The notes: generated from the letters alone by a model not told the origin. A stretch of DNA of 63,999 bases, filler included, from Octopus bimaculoides (GCF_001194135.2; 7 parts of 6 records of this genome joined end to end with filler, not necessarily neighbours in it), one strand, 5' to 3'. Positions 1 through 11,798 are shown, numbered from the whole stretch's first letter. A program made the numbers and translations.

Positions 1-1385
1 TGCTACAATTGTATTGTAAGTATATATATGCATGTGTTTTTTCTTGAAATGTAGGTGGGTTTGTGCTCTGGTGTGGAGATATTGTGATTGTGTGTGTGTG
101 TATATATGTGTGTAAGTGTGTTCGTGTCGAAGGTTTGCATTGTATTGATGTGTGTGATTTTGCGTATCTGTGTGTCTTTGTTTTGGGCGTGCACCTGGGG
201 AGGGGGCTTATGTTAGAGTATGTTGAGCTGTGGTCTGTATTTTTGAATAAGATTATTTTCCCTATTTATTCGTGTTTGGTCAGTGGTGTTGTCTGAGCAT
301 TGGTATAATGGGAAAATATGGAATAAGCATCGGGTAATGAAGAGTATTGTTTAAGAACACAACCTACCTCTCAGATCGGGGAGTGAAAACCACCTCTTAG
401 ACCACGCTCCTTCACATATGATTAGGGTTGTGCGACTTGAATGAAGATTACTGTCTTCTGTATATAGCTAGAATTACATTTTAAAGTAATTCGTAACAAA
501 ATTAAAGTTTGAGTGTTAATCCTGGAGCCCCGAATATGAAATATTTGTCCAATTTGAAAGTGAATATAACTCATATGGAGCTAATCCCCTTTTTCGTTTT
601 GACGGATCGCATTTTCAAGTTACACACTACAGATCTCAAATTATTCGTGACGAATAACTCAGTCCCTACACTGACTGTCAAAGATATGTTGAACCGGTTT
701 GTCGAAGGAGTGGAAAATTTTAAGTGGAAACAACGCATTTGTTATGAAATTACATTTTCAAATCATACATACGTACTTATATTTTGAATATCGGATTTCG
801 GGTATATCTATTGCATACTCAACCGGTTTCTTACGCGAAAGCAACTGAAAAAAAAAAAAAAACCGAATATATTTGAAATATTTTATTTAAATTTGTTTCT
901 GTGAAAATTAGAAGAGAATATTGCTTTACTTAAGATGGTCATATTTTGCTAATTAAACACACGCACAACATATTTGGTCTTCACTTTAGCTATATTTTCA
1001 TTATTTTAGTTTCTTGGTCAAAGCTCTTTCATTACACATTTTATGAATTCTTGAGCGACTCTCTATCCCACGTGTCTTCTCTTCTTCCATTTATTCCGTT
1101 TTGTTTTTCTGTGGTAAGAAGAGAATGTTTCACTTTTTATATTCAAGATGTTAAACGTCAAATGTAGAATAAAATCCCAATTACGGATAAAGAGAAATCA
1201 CTACCGAGCTCATTACATGATTTTGCATTTGCAGTTATGCTCAGTTTCATCGTGACATTGCTCCCACTTTTGTTTCTTAGAGAACAAATATACTTTGTGA
1301 ATGAAATAAAATTGCATTTATACCTATATTAGAACGAATAGATATACTGTGTACTGGAAGTTTTTAAGGAGTTAACCCGACATAC

Positions 1386-1489
1386 GTGTTTTTCGTGCAA
1401 TGAACTGATTGTACACTGATTCATACATTAGCTCTTTAGACCAATATTTTCTTTCAAGAAGAGAGTAAATTATACTTCTACACATACAA
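1386..1489 (-). CDS. Tentative internal exon (CMCRSIIYSLLERKYWSKELMYESVYNQFIARKT), phase-compatible with the 1878-2040 exon
   Basis: Acceptor catccccacctcttag, donor AC|GTATGT, 104 nt, phase 2 to 1. Lies inside a 67-codon stop-free frame (ORF 1372..1575). No homology recognised. Confidence 0.35.
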
Positions 1490-1877
1490 CTAAGAGGTGG
1501 GGATGATTGCCTAGTGTGTCTGGATACTTGTTTATGGTTAGAGATTTGTGATCCTATACTAACAAACATCTGCAACCAACTTTAACAGAATTTTTATTAA
1601 AAACTTTATGGTTCTACGTGAAGTGGGGATATGTATCAAGGTTTAGAAATTCTTTTGCGTACTTGTAGTCATCGATTCGTACAATGAGAAGGATAATATC
1701 TAAATCCGTGTTTAGCGCATTTGATATTGTATATAGTTACAGTTATTACCTCCCTTGGCCAACATATATTTAAATATTATGTCACAAATTCCAGTCCACT
1801 AATCTATCGTATTTTGCTTCATAGTACGACCATAATTTCAAGGCTTCCGTCAGTCGCATTTCACTACTTATCTTTAC

Positions 1878-2040
1878 CTGAAAATTTCTTTACAGAGACC
1901 AGGCTTGGGTAAGCCTTTTTGAAAAATGTCCAGTAGTTGCTCCTGCAGCAAATCTCCCTTCTTTACTTCACCGAAGTTGTCCAAGCGAAAGTCAAGAACC
2001 GAGACAGCTTGCATTCGTGTGTTATTGGTGGAATCAAAAT
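1878..2040 (-). CDS. Internal coding exon of an unassigned protein (FDSTNNTRMQAVSVLDFRLDNFGEVKKGDLLQEQLLDIFQKGLPKPGLCKEIF)
   Basis: Strong acceptor (aatttgttttggctttttag), donor CAG|GTAAAG, 163 nt with only one open frame, protein-like composition, non-repetitive sequence. Confidence 0.6.
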
Positions 2041-2149
2041 CTAAAAAGCCAAAACAAATTCTACAAGGTATTTTGTGTAACACTGAAAATCCCGCCAATC
2101 AACCGCCATTGCCTGTAACTTTATTTTATTTAATTGGCAAAGGCTGAAT

Positions 2150-2375
2150 GGAAAAGTTAACCTCATTGGGATTTGAACTCATTTCGCAGTTGATTTGTGT
2201 GGCGTGGCTCTCAAGACAAATAATCAAAAGCGGTCCAACTGTGACCATATCGTCTTTCTAAAAGTACTTTGGACTAATTTATTCTATGTGTACCTTCCTT
2301 ATTTAAGAATGTAAAGTGTGATTTGAAAGCGATTTGGCCGTTGTTTCATGCAGTTTGAGCGATTGCGTGGTAGTT
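2150..2375 (-). mobile_element. Degenerate SINE, family S5 (motif CTAGAAATAGCAGCCAAATCTCCCTCAAATCACACC)
   Basis: Resembles copies at about 3225-3410 (+), 13690-13860 (-), 18330-18480 (+) and 57545-57625 (-); boundaries approximate. Confidence 0.45.
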
Positions 2376-3224
2376 TCTTCCCATTTTGTTTTGTGTAATG
2401 TGGATCTCAGTTTCGTCTCTCGGTTGAATGCTATTCGCTCTATTTCTTACTCGTGGTTATATATATAGAGAAAAGAAGAACATTCAATTCAACACACAAA
2501 ATATTATTTCTTCTCTATTATAAAGCTGATAGCTTTTCCTTCGTCAGAAATCAATAATAGTTGTTTTGGCGTATCGTTGAAGTCTTTTCTTACACAAATT
2601 TGATGGTGATTCTAAATTATTAATGGCCTTTTTCCTATGTCGAATGCTGATTTTAAAAATAACTAGAAAGCAATTTGGAGTCGTGCCTATAATTAAAAAT
2701 TGCTGTTAATTAGTTGAAAACGTAACGTTATTGACCGAGTTTTCAAGTTACCCAGTATTGATATTGTCTATTCAACAGAATATTAAACAGATGTCTTCAG
2801 ACTAAGAATGTGAAAGAGTTGTTTAAAATTTATTTTAGTTGAAACTGACCAAATTCTTAGCATGGTAAAGCTTTGGCAAATACGCACGACTACCGACGGC
2901 CAAAATGAGTAGAGGAATATGGTAGAAACAGCAGTCAAATCTATCTCTCATAAATCAAGCTCTATTGTTTTAAAGGGGATATGTGATAACATAGTCATAG
3001 AAAAAGTCGGGGTAGTCATAGTCGGAGCTCCTTTGACCATACAACTCTATTGCTATCGAAATAGCAATGGAGGTTCTAACCGTGGTTCACCATCACTTCG
3101 ATGTACAACGACGGAGGTTCAGCTAACCGATGTGTATGGTGGGAGTTCTGACGCAGCCAAGCGTTAACTTGCAGTGCTGAATACAAGCCTTAATATGGGG
3201 CCTCCGAATATTGCAAGAACTAAG

Positions 3225-3410
3225 GGGTCTAGGTTTGCCTCTATATAGTCACTCGGCGTACTATAAATAGCAGGAAAGTGATTCTCAAATCACACCCTGT
3301 TATTTCGGGTAAAGAAATAGACGCATTAGATAAAATAACCCCGTAACCACAAAAAAGAAGAGAAGGTCATCGTGGGAATGTCTTTCATCATACGTTCATC
3401 ATACACAAAC
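3225..3410 (+). mobile_element. Degenerate SINE, family S5
   Basis: ctataaatagcaggaaagtgattctcaaatcacaccct matches the shared S5 core; boundaries approximate. Confidence 0.4.
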
Positions 3411-3980
3411 TCAAACAGGGTCCGAGCCTATTTTCTCTTAGGATAGAAGATGAGATGAAAATAAGCTTACCTTATTAATTCATTATATAGAGTAGTGTAG
3501 CGTGATTCGCATATAGACGCGAATTTGCCACTAAAGTTACTATGTATGTTTGTAGTTACGTATTTATGGAAACATTCAAGTGTAAGAGTTCGTATTTTTA
3601 TACATGTAGTATTTAGTATTTATGAGTTATTAGCGACATCAATTCTTTTACTCACCCTAGAGAACTGCATCTTCTCTTGTCGTTTACCAATTTTATTAAT
3701 TATTAACTAATATGGCTTCATATGTGCGTGTATAAAGAAGCTGTGGAAGAGAGGGGTTAGATACACACACACACACACACACACACACATTTATGATATA
3801 TTGTGTAGCATCTCGGAAGGGTCATTATATATCAATAATACAAAAATTAAATGTGTGTATGTGTATGTGCGTGCGTCTGTATATACATATATATACGTAT
3901 ACACACACACACACCATAATATGAATATATATATATATATATATATATATTACATAAAAATTAATATAAATAGCTAGGCG

Positions 3981-4019
<39 letters not shown>

Positions 4020-4065
4020 TGTGTATGTGTATATGCAAAGTTATGTAAGAAGTTGAAGAGAGTAT

Positions 4066-4099
<34 letters not shown>

Positions 4100-4297
4100 T
4101 ATATACATACATGCATATATACACACATACATACACACTGTGTGCGTGTGTGTGCGTAAAATATGTTAAAGAGATAGAGCAATAATTGATCAAATATGAT
4201 GTATTTTAAGCAACGAAGATTAGAAATTGCAGGTTTTTTTTCTTTTGTAACCAATCAATCACCAAAGATGAAATTATATGTCATATGTGTATGTATA

Positions 4298-4642
4298 TAC
4301 GAAGTGCGTTCCAAAAGTTTTGAGACTCTCTTTTTAGGAAAGGCAGTTATAACTTTCCTACATTATCGTAATTTTAGTATATCGTTACTATTTATCTAAT
4401 AAGCTGACCTACCAAATTTTGTTATTCCAGATTGAAGGAGACGGTTGTAACAACACTTTGAACACACCCTACTAAACACTGCTTCTCACAACTGACTAGT
4501 TTGCAGAATGCAGTTGGGACGTTTGGAAGCTAAATATGCAATAATGTTTTGTGTCTAACTGAGTAAAAAACGTTACGGAGACTTATAAAATGCTCCAGGC
4601 TGCTTATCGATTGGCTTCTTCGCTGGAAAAAGAGTTTCAATG
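4298..4642 (+). mobile_element. Mariner 5' end fragment (TIR plus start of transposase HTH)
   Basis: TA-CGAAGTGCGTTCCAAAAGTTTTGAGACT terminus; decayed N-terminus LEAKYAIMFCV*LSK..VTETYKMLQAAY; homologous to 6197-6379 in the opposite orientation. Confidence 0.75.
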
Positions 4643-4644
4643 AT

Positions 4645-4910
4645 ACATTCTTTACATTATTTACAATTGACGGATATTTGTTCACATCTTGTTTGTTGAT
4701 AATACAACGTTTCGGCTGATATACTCTCCAGCCTTCATCAGGTGTCTTGGGGAAATTTCAAACTTGGGTTCTCATTCCTAAGGTATTTGTCGATGTTGTT
4801 GTTGTTGTTATTATTATTATTATTATTATTATTTGGGGTTAGTAGCTTGCGCTCTTAACCACTACGCCATATGCCCACGTTCCGATTTCGATTCCACCAG
4901 TGACCTGAAT
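4645..4910 (-). mobile_element. SINE-like element: tRNA-like head, (TAA/CAA)n and hammerhead-bearing body
   Basis: A-box TGGCGTAGTGG on minus strand, microsatellite, then CTGATGA...GAAA motif; the B-box half of the head is inverted (see findings). Confidence 0.55.
4701..4747 (-). ncRNA. Minimal type I hammerhead ribozyme-like motif (degenerate)
   Basis: AGACAC-CTGATGA-A-GGCTG gagagtatat CAGCC-GAAA-CGTT-GTATT: full core, 5-bp stem II, palindromic ACGT helix III, stem I 4 of 5 paired. Confidence 0.6.
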
Positions 4911-4911
4911 G

Positions 4912-4947
<36 letters not shown>

Positions 4948-5156
4948 NNNNNNNNNNNNNNNNNNNNNNNNNNNNNNNNNNNNNNNNNNNNNNNNNNNNN
5001 NNNNNNNNNNNNNNNNNNNNNNNNNNNNNNNNNNNNNNNNNNNNNNNNNNNNTATGTCTGTCGTGAATGTATACAATTTTGTACGTTTGGTATTAACATA
5101 CATATTATTAAATTGGCAGGACTTTTGCTTTTTTCTCTCTGTATGTGTGTATGCAC

Positions 5157-5206
<50 letters not shown>

Positions 5207-5399
5207 GTCTGTCTGTCTGTCTGTCCGTTTGTCTATCTATCTATATGTATACACACATACATAAATACACACACGCATTCATACACATACATTCATACAC
5301 ACATGCACACATACATACACACACATATATAGTTAAGTAAGATTCAAGTAAAAACTTGCATGCAAAGCTCGTCCACAGTCATTGGCTACCTGATGTCAT

Positions 5400-5860
5400 T
5401 ATACAGTGAAATGCTCCTGTTACAAGGCATACATCAGGAATTCCATGGTATCCATAGAGTTTATATAAATAGATAGATGATACAAATTGGAATGAAGGAT
5501 ATTCTTTATTTAAAATCATTACAATTGCTCCAGAATTTCAAAACTCTTTCAGGAGGGACATTTGTTTAATTTCAAGGAAGTACAAAACTCTAGTCTCCTT
5601 CCGAAGTAAGACCCTGTGACTTCAACGTACTTGTACTGCTCAAGCCATTTCGTGAAGGCCTCTTGGAAATCCTAACAGCCTCCATCTTTTTAAGCTCTTC
5701 AAAACGTCTCCCTTTGAGGTTCTCCTTCAGCTTGGGGACCAAAAAAGGGTCACAGCCAGCAAGGTCTAGACTATAGTGAGTCACAAACAGTTATGATATC
5801 CATCTCTGTCAAGTAGCTTGTTAATACGATGGAATTGGCACAAGAAGTGTTTAGTAAGAC
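5400..5860 (-). mobile_element. Mariner transposase C-terminal fragment (pseudogene)
   Basis: YSLDLAGCDPFLVPKLKENLKGRRFE resembles the mariner YSPDLAPCDFFLFPKLK motif; probably the same copy as 6197-6379, split by a SINE. Confidence 0.7.
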
Positions 5861-5984
5861 AAGGAATGTATTAGCTTGATGTTTTTGTTGTTTAGCTCTT
5901 TGTCGGGAAGGAGAAAGGGAAAAATCAAAAGAAGGAAAAGAAACCACCAACTGCTCAGAGTTCAAATTTCGCCGACTCATAAGC

Positions 5985-6196
5985 ACGGGTTCTCCACTTT
6001 CCATGGCCTATAAATTCCCCACCTGGACGGGACCCCGGTCAGTCACAGGAGTACTCATTTTTGCTAGCTGAGTGGACTGGAGCAATGTGAAATGAAGCGT
6101 TTTGCTCAAGAACGCAATGGGCGCCTGGTCCAGGAATTGAAACCACAATCTTACGATCACGAGTCCAACACCCTAACCACTAAGCCACGCACCTCT
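5985..6196 (-). mobile_element. tRNA-derived SINE, family S3
   Basis: Minus strand reads GTGGCTTAGTGG (A box) ... GGTTTCAATTCC (B box) ... TTCTTGAGCAAAACGCTTCATTTCAC; siblings at 27161-27343 and 48331-48535. Confidence 0.75.
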
Positions 6197-6379
6197 GCAA
6201 GTGTTTAGTACGGTGTATTCAAAATGTTATTACTGCTGTCTCCGTCAATCTCAAATAACAAAAGTTGGCAGGTCAGCTTATTCGATGTATATTAATGATA
6301 TACTAAAATTATAATAATCTAGGACAGTTATAACTGCCTCTCCTAAACAAGTCTCAAAACTTTTGGAATGCTCCTCGAA
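6197..6379 (-). mobile_element. Mariner 5' end (TIR and leader)
   Basis: Reverse complement aligns along its length with 4298-4490. Confidence 0.75.
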
Positions 6380-6399
6380 CGTGTGGCTAAGTGTGTGCG

Positions 6400-6857
6400 C
6401 ATGCCTGACTGCACCTCGGATGTGTATGCGTTTTTTGTATTGGTTTGTTTTCATTCGTGTGTGTTTGTATACGAGTACATGTGTATGTGTATGTACGAGT
6501 ATATGCGTACACGCGTATACACACATACGTACCTATATACATACATTCATACTAGTGTATGTACACATGTATGAATGTGTGCACACATGTAAGCTTATGT
6601 ACTCGTATATATATGTGTGTACGTGTGTGCGTGTATGTCTATATGTGTGTGCGTGCATGTGTGTACGTGTGTGCGTATATATATATATATATATATATAA
6701 ATAAGTGTGTGTGTCTGTCTCTGTGTATGTGTGTGCGCGTGTATGCGTGTGTTTGTGTGTGTGCGTGTGTATGCGTTTGTTTGTGTGTATATGTGCGTGT
6801 GTATGTGTGTGTTTGTGTGCGTGTGTATATGTGTGTTTGTGTGTGCATATGTGTGTG

Positions 6858-6943
<86 letters not shown>

Positions 6944-7067
6944 AAAGAGAGAGAGAGAGANNNNNNNNNNNNNNNNNNNNNNNNNNNNNNNNNNNNNNNN
7001 NNNNNNNNNNNNNNNNNNNNNNNNNNNNNNNNNNNNNNNNNNNNNNNNNNNNNNNNNNNNNNNNNNN

Positions 7068-7125
<58 letters not shown>
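6400..7125. repeat. Compound (TG/TA/AG)n dinucleotide microsatellite spanning a gap
   Basis: Seen directly; source of the CVCV, ERER and HTHT ORFs. Confidence 0.95.
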
Positions 7126-8619
7126 TGTACGTCTGCGTGTGTATTCATTTTCATTTATGTATACATACGAGTGTATATGTGCCGATTGTTAGATGCCTAT
7201 TTTCATTTTCGAAAATTATTCCACTCAAGTGGAACGTATCTTTTAAAATAAGTTAACAATGTAATCTTGTTCCGCTTCATATCACCAAAATAACAAAACA
7301 ACGCCATTCAAAATGGCTTCCACGATCGTTTTGTTCGCCATATTTAGTTTTGCTTTCTTTAAATATTAAATTTCTTATTTAACTGTCAAGGCTCACACAA
7401 CAATTTCCGACTTGTTTTAGTCGAAGAAAGACAGTTTTGGTGTAATACTTGATAATGTTGGTGTTGTAGTTGTTTTTGTAGATTTTTCATTGTTGTTTTT
7501 GTTGTTGCGGTTTTTGTTGTCGTCCTTGTTGCTGTTATTTTGGAGCATTCATTTTAAGTGTTCTGTTACTAGTTGTTATCATTGTTGCTTTTATTTTTAT
7601 TGTTGTCGTCGTCTTCGTTTTCGCTGTTTCTTGAGAGTATTCATTTTTTCAGTACAATAGTTGCAGTTGTTGCTGTTGCTGCTGCCGCCGCTGCCGCTAC
7701 TGTTGTTGTTGCAGCAATGCATCCTTCTTCTTTATCTTTTAAGACGCAAGACGGTAATTTCAAGGGGTGGAGGGCGAATTTGGCTGGTATTCCAAGCAAA
7801 TGGAGTGGCTCTCCTTGACACATAAAATAGATGTTGCTTTCATCGTTGTTGTTATTGTTGTTGTCATTTTGGAGGCACTGGCGGTGGCCATTGTTGTTGC
7901 AGTGGTTGTGATGGTGGTGGTTGTGGTTGCTGTTGTTTTAGAGTATTTGCTTTTAGCACTAAAATAATCGTTGATGTTGTTATTTGGCCTCTTTGGTCAA
8001 ATCAATTGTTGATTTTTTTTTGTTTGTCGTCGCTGCAATTATTTTGGTCATCGTAATCATAAACGTGGTGGTCGTCGTCATCATTGTTGTTGTTGTAATT
8101 TAGCAGATGATCTAATACAAACGGAGTGGACCAGTCATAAGACTGATGGCAAGACATAATTCCAGTACACAGGAGAAATGCTCGTCTGTAACATCTAATC
8201 AAAAACACGCGACAGTATGGCGTCTTTCTGACATCACATATCCTAACGCATTATCGCACTAGACAACGTGGCAGCCTCTATGTAGTCATTCAGTCTGTTT
8301 GATAAAGATAACAGTCAAGTCTTCCTCAAATGATACGTTACTCGCTTTTTCTTTTTAGTTAGGCTATGAATCAGTGATGTACTAGTGCACAGTCTACCGG
8401 TCAGAGACAACCTCAAGCACAATAATAATTGTAAGATATTTTGTGAACATAATTAACCTAATTATTACCTTATCGACACCTGTGTGGAAGTAACAAGGTT
8501 CAATCTAATCAAAAAGAGATTAATAATAGAAGAGTGTATGTTACTATTTCCAGTGTAAGGATAGTATGTGGTGAAAGTAAATCAACATCGAGGCGGGGGT
8601 CAACAAATTTTGACCTTAC

Positions 8620-8860
8620 ACTGCATTCTCGATCTCATTATAATTAAACCGTCCAGGTTTTCGATTAAAAGTATCGATATTTTCCGTAGCTTTGGTATCA
8701 TCAGGCAAACCATTGTACACAGAACATGCAGCAAAATCTAGCATGTTCTCCGATATATTTCGACTAATCCCATCAATTAATATTTTGTTCTGATTTCTGT
8801 TTTCCTTACCATTCATTTCGAAGTTGGTCATTTTCCTCGATAAGAAAGGCACGTACGTAT
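8620..8860 (-). mobile_element. Possible CR1/L2-type LINE C-terminal remnant
   Basis: VYNGLPDDTKATENIDTFNRKPGRF resembles the WNSLP..V.A....FK..LD terminal motif; short and weak. Confidence 0.3.
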
Positions 8861-9142
8861 CAAGATGGTTTTCATGAGCAAATAATGATAGCCTTTTCTT
8901 ATCAAAGTGGAAGATATTTGAAATCTTGTATTTTTTTTTTGAAAAGTGGACAGGTATGTGCTAAACGATGCGTTCATTCTGATATTCTCAAGAACTGTTT
9001 TTGATAAAGTAAAATTTTGTTGATTAAATAATTGTGCTTATTACACCATACCACATTTGAATAAATCGACGTTGGATATATCATAGAATTATAGAGAAAA
9101 ATGACTTAACCATAACATATAGGATATTTATTAGTAACAAAA

Positions 9143-9672
9143 ACAGTATTAATACTGAGAGGTAATATTTATCGCTACTTGAACGTGGATGTTCTGCAGA
9201 AGAAGAATCTATACTGCGATAGATACCATGAGAGATGATCTGTTACTGGCTTTTAATGCTAAAATGCACTCTTGTTTATACCACTAACGTGGAGATAAAT
9301 CCCCTCCATTTCCAGCGCCGTGACCACCAGATCATGTGATTTCGACCTTCTTCGGTCTTGTCAATGATGGAAGCTTAACCGTTAGAGATAACATCGACTC
9401 ATCTCTCTGCCAGCAATATTTAGAAAAACAGTGCCAGAACAGGCACTGGTGTCGCGATTTAGCCAGTGAGCTTGTTAAAAAATATGTATTAGTGGAAGAG
9501 ACAGTATTAATACCGAGAGATAATATCTATGCCCACTTAAACATCGATATTCTGTTAGAACAATCTATACTGCGGTAGATACCATGAGGGAAAAATCTTA
9601 TATTGGCTTTTGGTGCAAAATGCACTCTTTCTTATATCGCTAGCTCGGAGATAAATCCCCGCCACCTCCAGC
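9143..9672 (+). repeat. Diverged direct repeat pair of about 173 bp (9143-9316 and 9501-9672)
   Basis: Shared acagtattaatac...aatctatactgcg.tagataccatgag...aaaatgcactctt...ggagataaatcccc...tccagc. Confidence 0.8.
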
Positions 9673-10057
9673 AGTCTCCACCTCCACACTGCCGTAATTT
9701 TAGGATTTCTGCTCGTAGAAGGAACCGGAATGCTTTCGATCAGCTCTTACTTGGCGTTAAACAACAACAACAATATTATATAAAATCCACGGGTAACCTG
9801 ATGGCAGCTTGAGCAGTTTGTAAATAATATAAAATTAACAGGTGTTTTAGTGAGGCTGTATTTCACTCCAAAGAGTATGAAAGCCTATCTTTTGGAAGCA
9901 GCAACATTATAGCTATCTGAAGAATGTGGGGTTAGGGTTAAGATGGGGTTGAGTTGGGTTGATTTTCGGAGTAAGGGTCAAATATTTGTGTAGAGTCAAA
10001 TATTTGCAGTGTCGAAGACCCGTAAGAAACGTGATGTTTTGGAATTTTATGCATTAT

Positions 10058-10141
10058 TTATTGATGATGATGATGATGATGAGAAGGATGATGATGATGA
10101 GGAGGAGGAGGATGAGGAGGGGGATGATGATGATGATGATG

Positions 10142-10178
<37 letters not shown>

Positions 10179-10860
10179 CGACGACGACGATGACGATGAT
10201 GATGATGATGATGATGACGATGATGATGATGAAGAGGAGAAGGAAGAGGAGAATAATGGTGATGATATGATGATAACGATGATGATGACGTCAACGATGA
10301 CGACGGCAATGACGACGACAATAATGGCGATGGCGACGATGACGAGAATGATGACGATGATAATATTTATGATAATGGTGATGATGATGAGGAGGAGGAG
10401 AACTTGTAGGGGAGAAATAAAAGAGGGAGTAGAATGTGAAAAAATAGGTGAAAAGATAGGTGATGGTGGTGTTAGTGGTAGTGGTGGTAGTGTGGAGGTG
10501 GTGGTAGTGGTAGTGGTGGTTGTGATGGTGGTGGTGGTAGCAGAGGTGGTGGTGGTATCGGAGGTGTTGGTGGTGATGGTGGTGCTTGTAGCTGTGGTAA
10601 TGAAGGTGATGGTGGTGGTGGTAGTGGAGGCGGTGGTAGTGGAGGTGGTGGTAGTGGTGATGGTGGTGGTTGTTGCGGTGATGGTGATAGTAACGTTAGT
10701 GATGACAGGCAATGACACAACTGGTGGTGATGAGTGCAGTGGCGAATGTGGTGGTGGTAGTTGTAGTTGTGGTGAGTGTACTGGTGGTGGTGGTTGTGGT
10801 AGTTTTTTTGCAGTAGTGATGGGGTTCTTTACGTTAGCTGATCGATTTTTATTTCGCAGT
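10058..10860. repeat. Compound trinucleotide array (GAT/GAC/GAG grading into GGT)
   Basis: Seen directly; explains the poly-D, poly-M, poly-S and poly-H ORFs. Confidence 0.95.
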
Positions 10861-10910
10861 CTGAAAGCCTCTACGACCATGTGACCAATAAAGTAATCGT
10901 TATTATTATT

Positions 10911-10946
<36 letters not shown>

Positions 10947-10948
10947 AC

Positions 10949-11136
10949 GGCTGCGAGCTGGCAGAAACGTTAGCACGCCTTGCGAAATGCTTAGCTGTAT
11001 TTCGTCTGAGTTCAAATTCCGCCGAAGTCGACTTTGCCTTTCATCTTTCCGGGGGTCGATAAAACAAGTACTAGTTGAGCACTAGGGTCGATGGAATCGA
11101 CTTAACCCCTCCTCCGAACAAGCTGACCTTGAAATC
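10949..11136 (+). mobile_element. SINE, family S1 (GGCGGTGAGCTGGCAGAA...GTCGACTTTGCCTTTCATC...GGGGTCGAT)
   Basis: Seven recognisable copies in the window. Confidence 0.8.
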
Positions 11137-11164
11137 ATTATTGTTATCATTATTCAGTAGTCTT

Positions 11165-11422
11165 ATTCTTATCCCATGCTTTCACTGCACTACCGAGCGC
11201 AGCCCTGTGTGCCTTGGGTATGTATTGTAGCTTGCTGTGGTGCTCTTATTTTCATTGTATTAAAAGTGTTCTACGTAAGATGTTTACGGTCCCTAGTAGT
11301 GCTATTTTCTGTATGTTATATATACCTGTTAGTTCTGGTGTTTTTGTTATATATTTGTCTGAATATTTTTTAACACACTTAATGCACCTAGACTCCACAT
11401 TCGAGTTCCCTCTATTTTCACA
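11165..11422 (-). mobile_element. R4/Dong-clade LINE 3' end
   Basis: DKYITKTPELTGIYNIQKIALLGTVNILRRTLLIQ* plus UTR, closely similar to 49953-50230. Confidence 0.8.
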
Positions 11423-11432
11423 TATTATTATT

Positions 11433-11473
<41 letters not shown>

Positions 11474-11513
11474 TATTATTATTATTATTATTATTGTTAT
11501 TATTATTATTAAA

Positions 11514-11732
11514 GTCGGCAAGTTGGCAGAATCGTTAGTACGCCGGACAAAATGTTTAACGGCATTTCTTCCGACTCTTTGCGTTCTGAGCACAACTTCT
11601 ACCAAGGTCGACTTCGCCGTTCTTCTTTTCGGAGTTGATGAAGTAAGTCCCAGTTGAGCACTAGGGTCGATGACATCGACATGCTGCTTCTCACCAAAAT
11701 TTCAGGCCTTGTACCTTTAGTAGAAAAAGATT
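11514..11732 (+). mobile_element. SINE, family S1
   Basis: Full length, followed by (TTA)n. Confidence 0.8.
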
Positions 11733-11742
11733 ATTATTATTA

Positions 11743-11798
<56 letters not shown>

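Noticed and set aside
368-457. Phase-compatible third exon with a PH-like WSKRWFSL motif
   Set aside because: Overlaps a decayed S3-type SINE head (gttgtgttctt...cttcatt) and has a weak acceptor.
509-787. 92-aa plus-strand ORF
   Set aside because: Non-ATG start, no motif, no splice support; plausible by chance.
8469-8504. 36-nt minus-strand exon candidate
   Set aside because: Resembles the S1 SINE core (ggtgtcgataa).
9143-9672. CRISPR-like or LTR pair
   Set aside because: Only two long diverged units, eukaryotic context, no TG..CA ends or internal coding region.
10009-11015. Long poly-Asp, Met, Val and Ser ORFs on both strands
   Set aside because: Stop-free because of trinucleotide repeats; all frames are low complexity.
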